Virus genome (UHGV): UHGV-0028991
DNA from: a virus
Length of the DNA: 64,000 nt
Reading direction: 5' to 3' (one strand)
This document shows, piece by piece, positions 47,412 through 56,695 of this stretch. Each line of letters begins with the position of its first letter. Position 1 is the stretch's first letter. The notes below the pieces were generated by a model. It was not told the origin of the DNA, ran no database searches, and saw only the letters and a program-made list of their open reading frames with translations. The translations under genes were made by a program, and so were the position numbers.

Positions 47412-47448
47412 AGGGGCGGGCTTAATAGTCCGCTCCTATATATTTAAG
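47412..47448 (+). terminator. putative rho-independent terminator after the capsid gene
   Basis: Stem AGGGGCGG/CCGCTCCT (one mismatch) with a 10 nt loop, followed by ATATATTT. The U-tract is weak. Confidence 0.35.
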
Positions 47449-47474
47449 AATAAATGGAATAAAAGGAGATAAAC

Positions 47475-48113
47475 ATGGCAGGAAAAACCAATGGGTCTAA
47501 CAAGCCCAAGACTACGAACAAAACCGCCAATGACACATCTGCCCTGCTTGAAAAACAGGTAAAGGAATTACAGTCTCAAATTGCCGCAATGCAAGAAGCG
47601 CTTAGGGCTCAGTCTGTGCCAGTTGCTTGCGAATCGCAAATAACCAAGGTGGCACATAAGCCGAAAGCTAAGACCATTCGATTTGTTAATCTTGTGCCCG
47701 GAACGCTTGTTCTGCGCGGCACGATGATTTGGAAAATCGAAGGACAGTTCAACTATCGAGACTTTCTTGAGACCGAGGCAGCAATCATTGTAAACAATAT
47801 GAGCGAATGTATTAGAAGCGGTAGTGTTTATATTGCTGACGCAGAATTTGTTGAAGAGCACAATCTGACCGAAGTATATAGATATTTGCTTTCTGACGAG
47901 CAGTTGTCTCATCTGTTTGAATTGGACGCAAAAAGTGTGATTGAAACATACAAGAATTGCTCGGACTCTCAGAAGAACATCATTGAAAATATGATTCTTG
48001 AAAAAGTCTCGAATGGCGAAGAAATTGACGCGAATATTACGCAGCAAATCGGTAGGCTGTGTAAAATTGATTTCTTGGCAGATGTTGGAGCGGACGAGAA
48101 CGAGGTGAAATAA
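47475..48113 (+). CDS. hypothetical structural protein
   Basis: 212 aa ORF with an AAAGGAG ribosome-binding site. Confidence 0.4.
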   Translation: MAGKTNGSNKPKTTNKTANDTSALLEKQVKELQSQIAAMQEALRAQSVPVACESQITKVAHKPKAKTIRFVNLVPGTLVLRGTMIWKIEGQFNYRDFLETEAAIIVNNMSECIRSGSVYIADAEFVEEHNLTEVYRYLLSDEQLSHLFELDAKSVIETYKNCSDSQKNIIENMILEKVSNGEEIDANITQQIGRLCKIDFLADVGADENEVK

Positions 48114-48545
48114 TTGACCTCATTTGACACGATTGAGACCCGCGCGCTTGCAGTCATTGAAGATTATAAGCTAAAAAAGCTATTTGATTCAAGCATTGAC
48201 GGGTTTGAAAAATATTGCGATGGATTGCTTATGGTTGCGGTCCCGCAGTTCTATGAATGCTTAAAGTCTTTGCAATATAACGAGGAAGCTCGGATATTTA
48301 TTGCGGACCTGGATGAGCAGGAAGTTTCTATTCTTGCCAACTTCTTTGTCATTACTTGGTGGCAGAGAGAAAATAATAATGCTGCGCAGATTGCCTTGAA
48401 ATTGAAAACTTCGCAGGCATTCCAATTTAACAGTGAAGCCCAAAACTTCAAAGAGAAGCAGAATGTTATTGATAAGCTGCGTGAAGAAAACGCAAGACAA
48501 ATTAACGCATATCTTGCAGCAAATTTAGACAGCATAGATTTATGA
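48114..48545 (+). CDS. hypothetical protein (head-tail connector region)
   Basis: 143 aa ORF with a TTG start immediately after the previous stop. Confidence 0.3.
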   Translation: MTSFDTIETRALAVIEDYKLKKLFDSSIDGFEKYCDGLLMVAVPQFYECLKSLQYNEEARIFIADLDEQEVSILANFFVITWWQRENNNAAQIALKLKTSQAFQFNSEAQNFKEKQNVIDKLREENARQINAYLAANLDSIDL

Positions 48546-48554
48546 GGAGGCGTT

Positions 48555-48797
48555 ATGAGCAAAGATAAAAGAGCAGACGCTTTCTATAAAATTTTGGGGC
48601 TGTTTGAAGACGCTGACACAGATGAAAAATTTGTGGCATATTTGAAGTATTTGTCGCGCCTGTGTGTAAAGTTGCGCGGGCAAGGTGATTTAGAGTCTTA
48701 TGCGACCGTTCGTGGGTTACATGAAATGGGGCACGATGTTTCGCATGATACTGTGAGGGCAGTAGTCTTTCATTTGATTGGCGATAGGGAGGTGTAA
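48555..48797 (+). CDS. hypothetical protein
   Basis: 80 aa ORF. Confidence 0.3.
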   Translation: MSKDKRADAFYKILGLFEDADTDEKFVAYLKYLSRLCVKLRGQGDLESYATVRGLHEMGHDVSHDTVRAVVFHLIGDREV

Positions 48798-48800
48798 TGC

Positions 48801-50078
48801 ATGGCATTGCAGTATTACACAGCCACGCCGAACAATCAATATAGGGACTTAATGCAGGCTTTTATTGACGACCAGTGGGATAATACATCTGCTTTATCGC
48901 CCGCAAATGGCGGAGCTTTGCTTGAACAGTGGGACATTGGTTCGGAAGATTTCTGTCCTATTGAGGCGTGGATTGACACTACGGTTGACGATGTAACAAG
49001 TGGTGCAAGAGACGCTCGTGATTTCTTGAAGCTCATTTTTAAGGATATTTATCACAGAGTACCACGCGGATTGCAATACAAGTTTGACGGAAATACATGG
49101 CTTGCTACAAGCTCTAATCCATTTGGTGGGTTGCCTAAAGCGGTGAATATTCGCAGATGCAATAACGCGCTTAGAATTATTGACCCGCTGAACGGCGCTG
49201 TGGTTAGCATGCCTTGTATTGTTGAATATGATGCTGGCTCTCCAATGAATCAGGTCGGCAGATATGTTATTACGCCGAACAATCACTTAACTGTTATGGT
49301 GCAGGGCTCTGAAGAAACTTGGCGGCTGTTAAGGCTGAATACAAGATATATTATCGGTGCTCGTGTATTTAAGCTTAATGCGTATCAAAATGCACTGAAT
49401 AATGCAGATGAGGGTATTCCTTCGCTGCTTTATTTAGACCTTTATCTCGATGAGTTGCATGATGGAGATAATATTGACACGCAGATTGCAGACAATGGTA
49501 AGTTTGATTACAGTATTTCTATCAATTCTGATGATATTTCGGTCGTGACTGGTGCAGGCGCAAAATTGACCGCGACAGTCGTGCTGAATGGAGAAGAAGT
49601 TGAGCGCAACATCAAATGGTCGTCCAGCAACACAAGCGTTGTTACAATTGACGAGAACGGGCAATATGCTGCCGTTGGCGCAGTGGGCGACTCTGCCACT
49701 ATTACGGCGCAGCTCAGTGGCAATGAAAATGTGTCGGCATCTATCACTGTGATGATAGCCGATATTGAAAAACAATCGGCAAACATTGTTATAAACCCGC
49801 TGTTTGAAAAGATTCGGCAGAATGATAATATTTCGTTTAACATTGCTGTTGAATATGCTGGCGTGACAAGAACGGACTTAGAAGATGTGGTCGTTGCAAT
49901 TGCTGATGCAGATAGAGAATTTGTTGCTATTGATAAAATCGATGATTTGAAATATCTTATGGTCTGCAAAAAGATTGCAAAGCAACCTATCGAAATGACC
50001 GTATCGGCAAAAATCACGGGAACGGACATTTCCGCCGAGAAAGTTTTTGCCGTTAAGACCGTAGGAATGTTTGGATAA
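48801..50078 (+). CDS. structural protein with bacterial Ig-like (Big_2) domain
   Basis: 425 aa. VTGAGAKLTATVVLNGEEVERNIKWSSSNTSVVTIDENGQYAAVGAVGDSATITAQL is a Big_2 signature. Confidence 0.5.
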   Translation: MALQYYTATPNNQYRDLMQAFIDDQWDNTSALSPANGGALLEQWDIGSEDFCPIEAWIDTTVDDVTSGARDARDFLKLIFKDIYHRVPRGLQYKFDGNTWLATSSNPFGGLPKAVNIRRCNNALRIIDPLNGAVVSMPCIVEYDAGSPMNQVGRYVITPNNHLTVMVQGSEETWRLLRLNTRYIIGARVFKLNAYQNALNNADEGIPSLLYLDLYLDELHDGDNIDTQIADNGKFDYSISINSDDISVVTGAGAKLTATVVLNGEEVERNIKWSSSNTSVVTIDENGQYAAVGAVGDSATITAQLSGNENVSASITVMIADIEKQSANIVINPLFEKIRQNDNISFNIAVEYAGVTRTDLEDVVVAIADADREFVAIDKIDDLKYLMVCKKIAKQPIEMTVSAKITGTDISAEKVFAVKTVGMFG

Positions 50079-50089
50079 GGAGGGGTTAA

Positions 50090-50668
50090 ATGTTTAATAG
50101 TTTAGCTGCATTGCCGCCTTCATTATACAACATTATCAATTATCTTGCAATAGATAAATCGGTCGAAGCCGAAAATTTGTGGAAGATGCTAAAATACAAC
50201 GATTATGATGCGCTGAACAAGCCAAATTTAACAACAAGTGAAAAGCTTGACATGCTTTGGCGAAGTGGTCCGCAAGAAAAGTATAGCATTTTTCTAACAA
50301 ATTTGATTGAGGACGCATTACCTCAATCAAAATGTGTGTTCAAACTGTATGACTATATGGTTCAGCCCGAGGGGGCGTATGTATCCTCTGTTATTTATGC
50401 CTTTGATTTCCTTTATGGCGGGCAAATGTCGTTGGTCGAATATAACGGCATTCCTGTTGCAAGGGGTGATGTTTTTATCAATTCCATCTTGTCCGTACTT
50501 AATGGCGTGACAATTGGCGGGGTTGGCAAACTTATGCTTGACGATGATTTATCTCGCTATTGCGGGGCAAAGTCTGTGGTCGGAAATCAAAAGACATTCA
50601 CTGGCTATGTACTGTATTTGGCAACGAATATGGGCGATACAGGCATAGACGAGGGCTGCGATGATTGA
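50090..50668 (+). CDS. hypothetical structural protein
   Basis: 192 aa ORF. Confidence 0.35.
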   Translation: MFNSLAALPPSLYNIINYLAIDKSVEAENLWKMLKYNDYDALNKPNLTTSEKLDMLWRSGPQEKYSIFLTNLIEDALPQSKCVFKLYDYMVQPEGAYVSSVIYAFDFLYGGQMSLVEYNGIPVARGDVFINSILSVLNGVTIGGVGKLMLDDDLSRYCGAKSVVGNQKTFTGYVLYLATNMGDTGIDEGCDD

Positions 50669-51506
50669 CCGCGAAATATTGCGGGAACAATACTTTCAAT
50701 TTGATGAGCCTGTTCCGTATGATTTGGGCGATGGCAAAGAAGTTCTTATTACGCCAGTCAAGATGAAGCACAGTGAATTATTTACAACTTGCGCGCAGAT
50801 TCTTATGATTGATAAAAACTCAAGCCCGTCTGTTGAAATAATTCAGATGCCTTATTTGAAATTTTTGACAGATATTTTATTCCCACAATCGAATGTCTAT
50901 CCCCTTAATTTGGGGACAATTTGTGCGATTTGTTTAGGGATGAAAAATCCGCAGATTATATTGGATAAAAGGGGCAAGCCCGCAATACGCGATAGTGATC
51001 TTGACATAACTATCAGTTGCCAACAGTTTGACGACATTTCAAAAATAATTTTATATCAAAACTTCGTTGATTATGACGATAGATACATTGACCCAGATTT
51101 TAAGAAGGCTATGCGCGAGACTGACGAATTAAGGAATAAAAATCTTGAAATTCCGAACACTGAGCGCAAGATGGCGATTCTAACATCACACACAGGGATT
51201 AAACGCGCCGACATAAAAGAAATGACTATGCGGGAATTCTCGCTGGTTTTTGCCGAAGTTGTCGGTGAAGTGCAATATATCGCAACGACCTCCATAGCGG
51301 CTTTTGGTGGTGGAGATATTGACCACTGGGTCTATCGGAAGAAGCGCGGGGCATTTGATTCATATATTACCGATGTGGATGCTTACACACGGTCTATGGG
51401 TGGCAGTTCGGCAATACGAACCGTTACCAACGATGCATCTTATGGAAATGAGATGCAAAGCAAATTTGACAATTTCCTAAATAAAAATAATATAGGAGGA
51501 ATATAA
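50661..51506 (+). CDS. hypothetical structural protein
   Basis: 281 aa ORF overlapping its neighbours. Confidence 0.35.
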   Translation: MIDREILREQYFQFDEPVPYDLGDGKEVLITPVKMKHSELFTTCAQILMIDKNSSPSVEIIQMPYLKFLTDILFPQSNVYPLNLGTICAICLGMKNPQIILDKRGKPAIRDSDLDITISCQQFDDISKIILYQNFVDYDDRYIDPDFKKAMRETDELRNKNLEIPNTERKMAILTSHTGIKRADIKEMTMREFSLVFAEVVGEVQYIATTSIAAFGGGDIDHWVYRKKRGAFDSYITDVDAYTRSMGGSSAIRTVTNDASYGNEMQSKFDNFLNKNNIGGI

Positions 51507-52564
51507 TGGCTAAGAAATTTCTTGCTGGGGTTGCAAGAGCATTGCTGTTTGCAAACAATGAGCTGATTGCAGTATGCAAGACGCTTACCGAAAGCACATT
51601 CAATTTCGCCATTGAGAATGAGGAAGTTAGAGCAGGAGCTGCCAATGGGCTTTGGGGCAAATACTTCCATGACAGCGCTCTGAATCTGACGATTACTGAC
51701 GCTATGTTCTCGCTTGAATACATGGCGCTTAACCTCGGTGTTGATATCAACCAAGGCGGCATTACTCTTTATGAGTCTGCTGCTACTGGCGAAACTGTTG
51801 CTGCAGGCGGAACGATTACTCTTGCAAATGCGCCCGTTGCTTTTGACGGCTCTGTTATCGCATGGTATAAAAAGCCTGCTGATGCCAACTGGACCATTGG
51901 TACTGTTACAGGTAGCACTCTGACCATTGGTGGCGCGCAAGCTGGCGACAAGTATTGTGTTAAGTATTTCTATCAGAATGCAAACGCGCGTTCTCTTAAA
52001 ATCAAGACACAGTATGTGCCGAAGGTTGTGCACATTGTGCTTCTGAACGACCTGTTTAGCGGCGAGACTGCTGACGTTGGTTCCGCCACAAAATATGGCA
52101 GACTGATTGTTGACATTCCGAGCTTCCAGTTGGATGGCTCGAACGAGATTTCTCTCACGTCTTCTTCTGTGGGTAACATTTCTCTGTCCGGCTCCGCGCT
52201 TGCAGTTGACGAAGGCGACAGCTGCGAGGAAGACCCGTACTATGGCACTATGACTGAGGAAATCTTCGGCGCAGACTGGAAAGCGAATGTTCGCGCACTT
52301 GCGCCCGTTCCGTCTGATGTTACCATGAAAGTCAGCACGAGCACGACCATTGATGTTTATGGCGTGTTTGGTGGCATGACCGCATCTAAGAAATTGAATA
52401 ACGCAGACCTGACCTTTACGGTCGATTCTGGCTCTGCTGTTACTGTTGGGGCAAACACTGGCGTTATCACCGCTAAAGCAACTGCGGGCGATGCAGTTGT
52501 CAGTGTTAAGCTTACTGGCACGGAAGTTGACCCCGCATTTGTGCATATTACTGTTGAGCAGTAA
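51506..52564 (+). CDS. putative major tail protein with C-terminal Ig-like domain
   Basis: 352 aa. C-terminal TFTVDSGSAVTVGANTGVITAKATAGDAVVSVKLTG is Big_2-like. A strong terminator follows. Confidence 0.45.
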   Translation: MAKKFLAGVARALLFANNELIAVCKTLTESTFNFAIENEEVRAGAANGLWGKYFHDSALNLTITDAMFSLEYMALNLGVDINQGGITLYESAATGETVAAGGTITLANAPVAFDGSVIAWYKKPADANWTIGTVTGSTLTIGGAQAGDKYCVKYFYQNANARSLKIKTQYVPKVVHIVLLNDLFSGETADVGSATKYGRLIVDIPSFQLDGSNEISLTSSSVGNISLSGSALAVDEGDSCEEDPYYGTMTEEIFGADWKANVRALAPVPSDVTMKVSTSTTIDVYGVFGGMTASKKLNNADLTFTVDSGSAVTVGANTGVITAKATAGDAVVSVKLTGTEVDPAFVHITVEQ

Positions 52565-52572
52565 ATAAAATA

Positions 52573-52612
52573 AGGGAGGGGTTATTATAAATAATTCCTC
52601 CCTATTTTTTAA
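52573..52612 (+). terminator. rho-independent terminator
   Basis: 7 bp perfect stem AGGGAGG/CCTCCCT with a 17 nt AT loop, followed by ATTTTTT. Confidence 0.55.
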
Positions 52613-52614
52613 TT

Positions 52615-52914
52615 ATGTGCGAATTTAATAAAAAAGATATGTGTTTAGCCCGAAATGACAAATGCCCATTTGTTTATTTTTGTGATAAAATACAGGATTA
52701 TAAGCCCATGAAATCAATGCCAAAAGATTGCAAGGTCAAGATGAACGCAACTGCGCCAATTGGCTATAACAAGGTGGCATATGAGCGCAAGGGTTATTTG
52801 TATGTTTATCTTGACGCGGACACTGTTATTAAGGTTAAAAACACATTAGATAAAATTCCGCCATATGTAAAGCTCAGAAAAACAAGTGGTGGGGAATACA
52901 AAATAGGAAAGTGA
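52615..52914 (+). CDS. hypothetical protein
   Basis: 99 aa ORF. Confidence 0.3.
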   Translation: MCEFNKKDMCLARNDKCPFVYFCDKIQDYKPMKSMPKDCKVKMNATAPIGYNKVAYERKGYLYVYLDADTVIKVKNTLDKIPPYVKLRKTSGGEYKIGK

Positions 52915-53276
52915 CGGTTGCCAACATGGAAGATTTGGAACGGCGGCTCGGGAAAGTAGAAAATCGGGTCACGGCTCTTGAAACGGCACAACCGTATTTG
53001 GGGCAGTTGCTCGATAAAAATATTCAGGTCTGCGACGACTTGAATAAGGCGGTATCTTCTTTGCAGATTACAATGACAAAAATCAGCGACTCTTTGGCAA
53101 CACAAGGACAACAAATCAGCGACATTAAGGGCGATGTTGATACATTGACAAAAGCTATTAGGCGTGTTGATGATAAAGGCAAGCTCGACGCGGTGTTGTG
53201 GATAAAAGAGCATTGGATTCAGATTGCGTCACTTGTAGCTGCGACAGGAGCGATTATTACCGCCTTAGTTAAATGA
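52911..53276 (+). CDS. hypothetical coiled-coil protein with C-terminal TM anchor
   Basis: 121 aa. C-terminal IQIASLVAATGAIITALVK. Confidence 0.35.
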   Translation: MTVANMEDLERRLGKVENRVTALETAQPYLGQLLDKNIQVCDDLNKAVSSLQITMTKISDSLATQGQQISDIKGDVDTLTKAIRRVDDKGKLDAVLWIKEHWIQIASLVAATGAIITALVK

Positions 53277-53298
53277 ATTAAACGGGAGAATGGAATAA

Positions 53299-53661
53299 AT
53301 GGAATATAATATTACAAAAGAATACTTGACATATGCGGAGATTCAGAACATTGTGGACCAAGTGGTTAAAAGCAATGTGTGGAGCGACAGACAACAGATT
53401 ATTGATATGCTTATGCTTTTCTATTGCACCGATATTGGGCAAGATAAGATTGCTGAGGTCGGGCATGAGCGGCTGTTGATTGATGGCGTGATTGATGATG
53501 TGCGCGGACAGGTAAAGAATTATTACCAGATTCGTCAGGCATTGCAATACACCGAATCGACTGCACGGGCAATTATGCAGTTGTCTACCGAATTTCTGCC
53601 GAAATTGCAGAAGGCTCTGAAAGCTCCCAACGATACCAAAAAGAAGGTTAAAAAGGGTTGA
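53299..53661 (+). CDS. hypothetical protein (possible tail assembly chaperone, upstream frame)
   Basis: 120 aa. Ends ...KKKVKKG within an AAAAAGG run that overlaps the next ORF. Confidence 0.35.
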   Translation: MEYNITKEYLTYAEIQNIVDQVVKSNVWSDRQQIIDMLMLFYCTDIGQDKIAEVGHERLLIDGVIDDVRGQVKNYYQIRQALQYTESTARAIMQLSTEFLPKLQKALKAPNDTKKKVKKG

Positions 53662-54170
53662 GCCAAACCGTAAACACATTTGGTGCATTGCGCGCCGAGA
53701 TGAAAGAGCGCCTAAAGCCCGTGCTTGAATATGTAATAGAAAAAATTGCGGACTATAACAAAAATGCAATAAGCTTCTCTGTATATGCTAAGGGAAATCC
53801 AGATGTATACGAGCGGACATTTGAATTTCTTGATGCATGGTCAACTGAAGAAAAATTTGAGTCCGACGCATTATATAGCACGCATTTTTATGATTCAAGC
53901 AAAATTAGGACAAGAGGCCGTGGGCAACATACATCTGCCATAGACGGTACAGATATTGCCTATGCGCTTGCCGACATTATCTTTGAAGGCAAGGCGGGCA
54001 GAATATTTGGTCGCGGATTTTGGACTAAACGCAGAAATGCATGGGGCATGCTTGACAAATATGTAAGCAAGCGGCGCCTAAAACAATGGGTTGAGGAAGG
54101 AATGAGACAAGCGGGGCTTGCCTATAAATTCACGGGCAAATACCCCGAGCAATCTCACTATGAAGTATGA
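53658..54170 (+). CDS. hypothetical protein (possible tail assembly chaperone, -1 frame)
   Basis: 170 aa with a TTG start. Its frame would be reached by a -1 shift from the previous gene. Confidence 0.35.
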   Translation: MSQTVNTFGALRAEMKERLKPVLEYVIEKIADYNKNAISFSVYAKGNPDVYERTFEFLDAWSTEEKFESDALYSTHFYDSSKIRTRGRGQHTSAIDGTDIAYALADIIFEGKAGRIFGRGFWTKRRNAWGMLDKYVSKRRLKQWVEEGMRQAGLAYKFTGKYPEQSHYEV

Positions 54171-54664
54171 TCACATTATCACTGGATTGCAGCACATCTT
54201 GCACGGGATATGCGGTTTTCAATGAAGATAAGCTCATTCATTATGGCTGTATTAAGCCCGAGGGAGATAGTTGGCGAGAAAGGCTGACACATGAAGGTGC
54301 GCCATTGTCTGAATTGATTAAGACCTATCGACCCGATAGGTTAATCGTAGAGGAAGTGCCGTTGAAGGCGGCAAATGTTAAAGTGTTGATGATTCTTGGG
54401 GCTGTTCAAGGATATGTTCTTGGGATAGCCGCATCTCATCATGTACCGATTCAATTTGTACTTCCTCAGAAATGGCGTAGCGATATAGGAATTTTTGACG
54501 GCACAAGAGATGGCACGAAGCGAGATGTTCTTAAAAGGAAGTCCGTGGAGAAAGCCAACGAATTGTTCGGACTGGACTTGAATTGGGTGTCTCCGTCAAG
54601 CAGTAAGAACGATGATGATATAAGCGATGCCATTCTTTTGGGTTGGAGCCAAATTCATAAATAA
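54167..54664 (+). CDS. ruvC: RuvC-like Holliday junction resolvase
   Basis: 165 aa. ITLSLDCSTSCTGYAVF aligns with RuvC ILGIDPGSRVTGYGV. DRLIVEEVPL aligns with DYFAIEQVF. C-terminal DISDAILLG aligns with DAADALAIA. Confidence 0.6.
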   Translation: MITLSLDCSTSCTGYAVFNEDKLIHYGCIKPEGDSWRERLTHEGAPLSELIKTYRPDRLIVEEVPLKAANVKVLMILGAVQGYVLGIAASHHVPIQFVLPQKWRSDIGIFDGTRDGTKRDVLKRKSVEKANELFGLDLNWVSPSSSKNDDDISDAILLGWSQIHK

Positions 54665-54678
54665 AAGGATGGTGAATT

Positions 54679-55107
54679 ATGGCGAATAAAAACACGAGCT
54701 GGAATATTGGCGTAGGTATTGAGATAAAGACAAGCACAAGCGAAATTCAAAAGAAATTGAATGAAGCGGCGAAAAATGTCAATATCAATATCAAGGCAAA
54801 AGGGGCTAAGGAAGCATCTGACGGAATAAGCAATCTGTCAAAGAACATGAACGAAGCCTCGTCCAGCGCGAAGAATTTTGAATTAACATATCAAGCGGCA
54901 AACATGATTATGGAGAAGAGCATAGAAATTATTAGGTCTATGGTCTCTGAAGTCTATACTATGAATGCCGCGCAGGTCGAATTAGCAAAGGTCACAGATT
55001 TGTCCGGCGAATCAATGGACGAATATGTGAGCAAGTTGACCGACATGGGAGCAGAAGTTGCTAAGACGGGTAAACTATGGACGGGAGCCCGTGTGATGGG
55101 ATGGTAA
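54679..55107 (+). CDS. tail tape measure protein, coding segment 1
   Basis: 142 aa. Typical N-terminal region of a tape measure protein (...ELAKVTDLSGESMDEYVSKLTDMGAEVAKTG); ends at a stop. Confidence 0.45.
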   Translation: MANKNTSWNIGVGIEIKTSTSEIQKKLNEAAKNVNINIKAKGAKEASDGISNLSKNMNEASSSAKNFELTYQAANMIMEKSIEIIRSMVSEVYTMNAAQVELAKVTDLSGESMDEYVSKLTDMGAEVAKTGKLWTGARVMGW

Positions 55108-55398
55108 ACCAGCACAGAGAATTGTTCAAAACCCAGTAAAACCTAAAGCCTGTTTAACTACAACATGGGGATGAAATAAGCCCAAGTGTGAATGTGGGAA
55201 ACTGTTAAAAATAAGCAGGATGGCATATGGTCGAAAGACCTAAGTGCAATTTATCCCGAATATTATACATTATTTGGGACAAACAATGGTAGATTGGGCG
55301 CGAAGTCCCGAACAGGGATGTGTCAAGAGACTCTATAAGTTCGACCCCTCCAAATTAAACAGGGTGAAGAAATAGTCCAGAATATTTTGAAAAAGGTA

Positions 55399-55427
55399 TT
55401 GACAATCTAAAAGTTATGTGTTATAAT
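55399..55427 (+). promoter_or_regulatory. consensus sigma70 promoter inside the first tape-measure intervening sequence
   Basis: TTGACA, 17 nt spacer, TATAAT, with a TG extended -10. Followed by an AAAGGTGG ribosome-binding site and ATG 55445. Confidence 0.6.
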
Positions 55428-55444
55428 GGCATCAACAAAGAAAG

Positions 55445-55690
55445 GTGGGCTTGATTATGTTGTTAATTGCAGTTCCTTTGATGATGCTTTATTGCGTCTG
55501 TTATGGCATTGCTTGTTTCTTCAGGCATGTTGTTTTGGGCATCCCTTTTGATAAGGACGTTGCCAAGAAAAACAATCCCGAGCAATATAAAAAATGGGAA
55601 GAAGAAGATAGGCAGGCTGCAGAGCAGTACAGAAAAGAAGAAAAAGAGCATAACGATTGGGGATTTATTGATTACTCCAAGAAAGATTGA
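55445..55690 (+). CDS. small membrane protein with highly charged C-terminus (holin-like or moron)
   Basis: 81 aa. MGLIMLLIAVPLMMLYCVCYGIACFF spans one or two TM segments; the C-terminal K/E-rich tail follows. It is driven by the promoter above. Confidence 0.45.
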   Translation: MGLIMLLIAVPLMMLYCVCYGIACFFRHVVLGIPFDKDVAKKNNPEQYKKWEEEDRQAAEQYRKEEKEHNDWGFIDYSKKD

Positions 55691-55703
55691 ATAAAAGTCC
55701 CAG

Positions 55704-55910
55704 ATGGTGGAAAGCGCTGCCCAATTTGCGAAAGCTGGATTTAATGAAACCGATGCTGCGCAATTAGCGAAAGTTTCCTCCATGTACCAAAACATTGCCG
55801 ATGAGCAACTTTCGGCGGGCGAAGCATCTGAGTTTATTATTTCTCAGATGAAAGCATTTAATATTACTGCTGAGGAAAGCTTACATATTGCTGATGCGGT
55901 TTACTTTTAA
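55704..55910 (+). CDS. tail tape measure protein, coding segment 2
   Basis: AAQFAKAGFNETDAAQLAKVSSMYQNIADEQLSAGEASEFIISQMKAFNITAEESLHIADAV matches the start of the TP901-type tape-measure core. Confidence 0.45.
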   Translation: MVESAAQFAKAGFNETDAAQLAKVSSMYQNIADEQLSAGEASEFIISQMKAFNITAEESLHIADAVYF

Positions 55911-56277
55911 TTGGCCGCTACGAGGTGAATTGTCGGGGACGAGGGTTCAGCGCCCTATCTGCGCAATTTTATGCGTGGATGCCTAAAGATTTGAACACCA
56001 ACCTATCATGGTGACATAGATGGGGGCTTAGAGTAATTAACTAAGGCATGGTAAAAGGTTCAAATATATATGGTCAATCCGCAACTAAGCGTCTGCATTG
56101 CAGATGAAAGCTCACAGACTATCCCATAGGTCTTAACAGACAATAGGAGTACGGCCCAAGCCAAGGGTGGGTGAGAACCCCTTAAATGGAAGCGCCTCGC
56201 TTTGGTATTTTACCAAGGAAGATATAGTCGGGTCTTATAAGAAATTTATAAGCGTTTGAATATTCAAACGGTCGTAG

Positions 56278-56424
56278 TTGGCGGCTACGGCAAACTTATA
56301 TCGCAATAACGTATCAAATAATATGTCTGTTTCTTCAGCAGATTTAGCTCGAAACCTCGGAAATATGTCCGCCGCAATGTCTGTCGGCGGGAACACGATG
56401 GAAGAGAGCATTGGCTTAGGTTAA
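56278..56424 (+). CDS. tail tape measure protein, coding segment 3
   Basis: Open frame ...NVSNNMSVSSADLARNLGNMSAAMSVGGNTMEESIGLG continues the tape-measure core motif; flanked by stops. Confidence 0.4.
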   Translation: MAATANLYRNNVSNNMSVSSADLARNLGNMSAAMSVGGNTMEESIGLG

Positions 56425-56695
56425 TAGGTCAATTAAAAACCTATAAATTGACGGGAAGTTCCTTAGAGCTCTATATACTAAACCGTATTAGTAATAATGC
56501 GGCGGAGCAAGTAATGACTGCTGTATAGTAACAAATATAGAGATTGGATAATCCGCAGCAAGTTATCAATAGGTCATTGATAACTGTTCAACGACCAGTA
56601 AGCCCTACTAATTCAGTAGGCATACTCGCAAGCGCGGGGAAACATAGGTGAAAAAGATATGGTCTAATCTCTGTCGAAAGGCAGAGGGCTAATAA

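Noticed and set aside
51440-52546. 368 aa minus-strand ORF antisense to the major tail gene
   Set aside because: A shadow ORF; the plus-strand gene has the Ig-like domain and sits within the operon.
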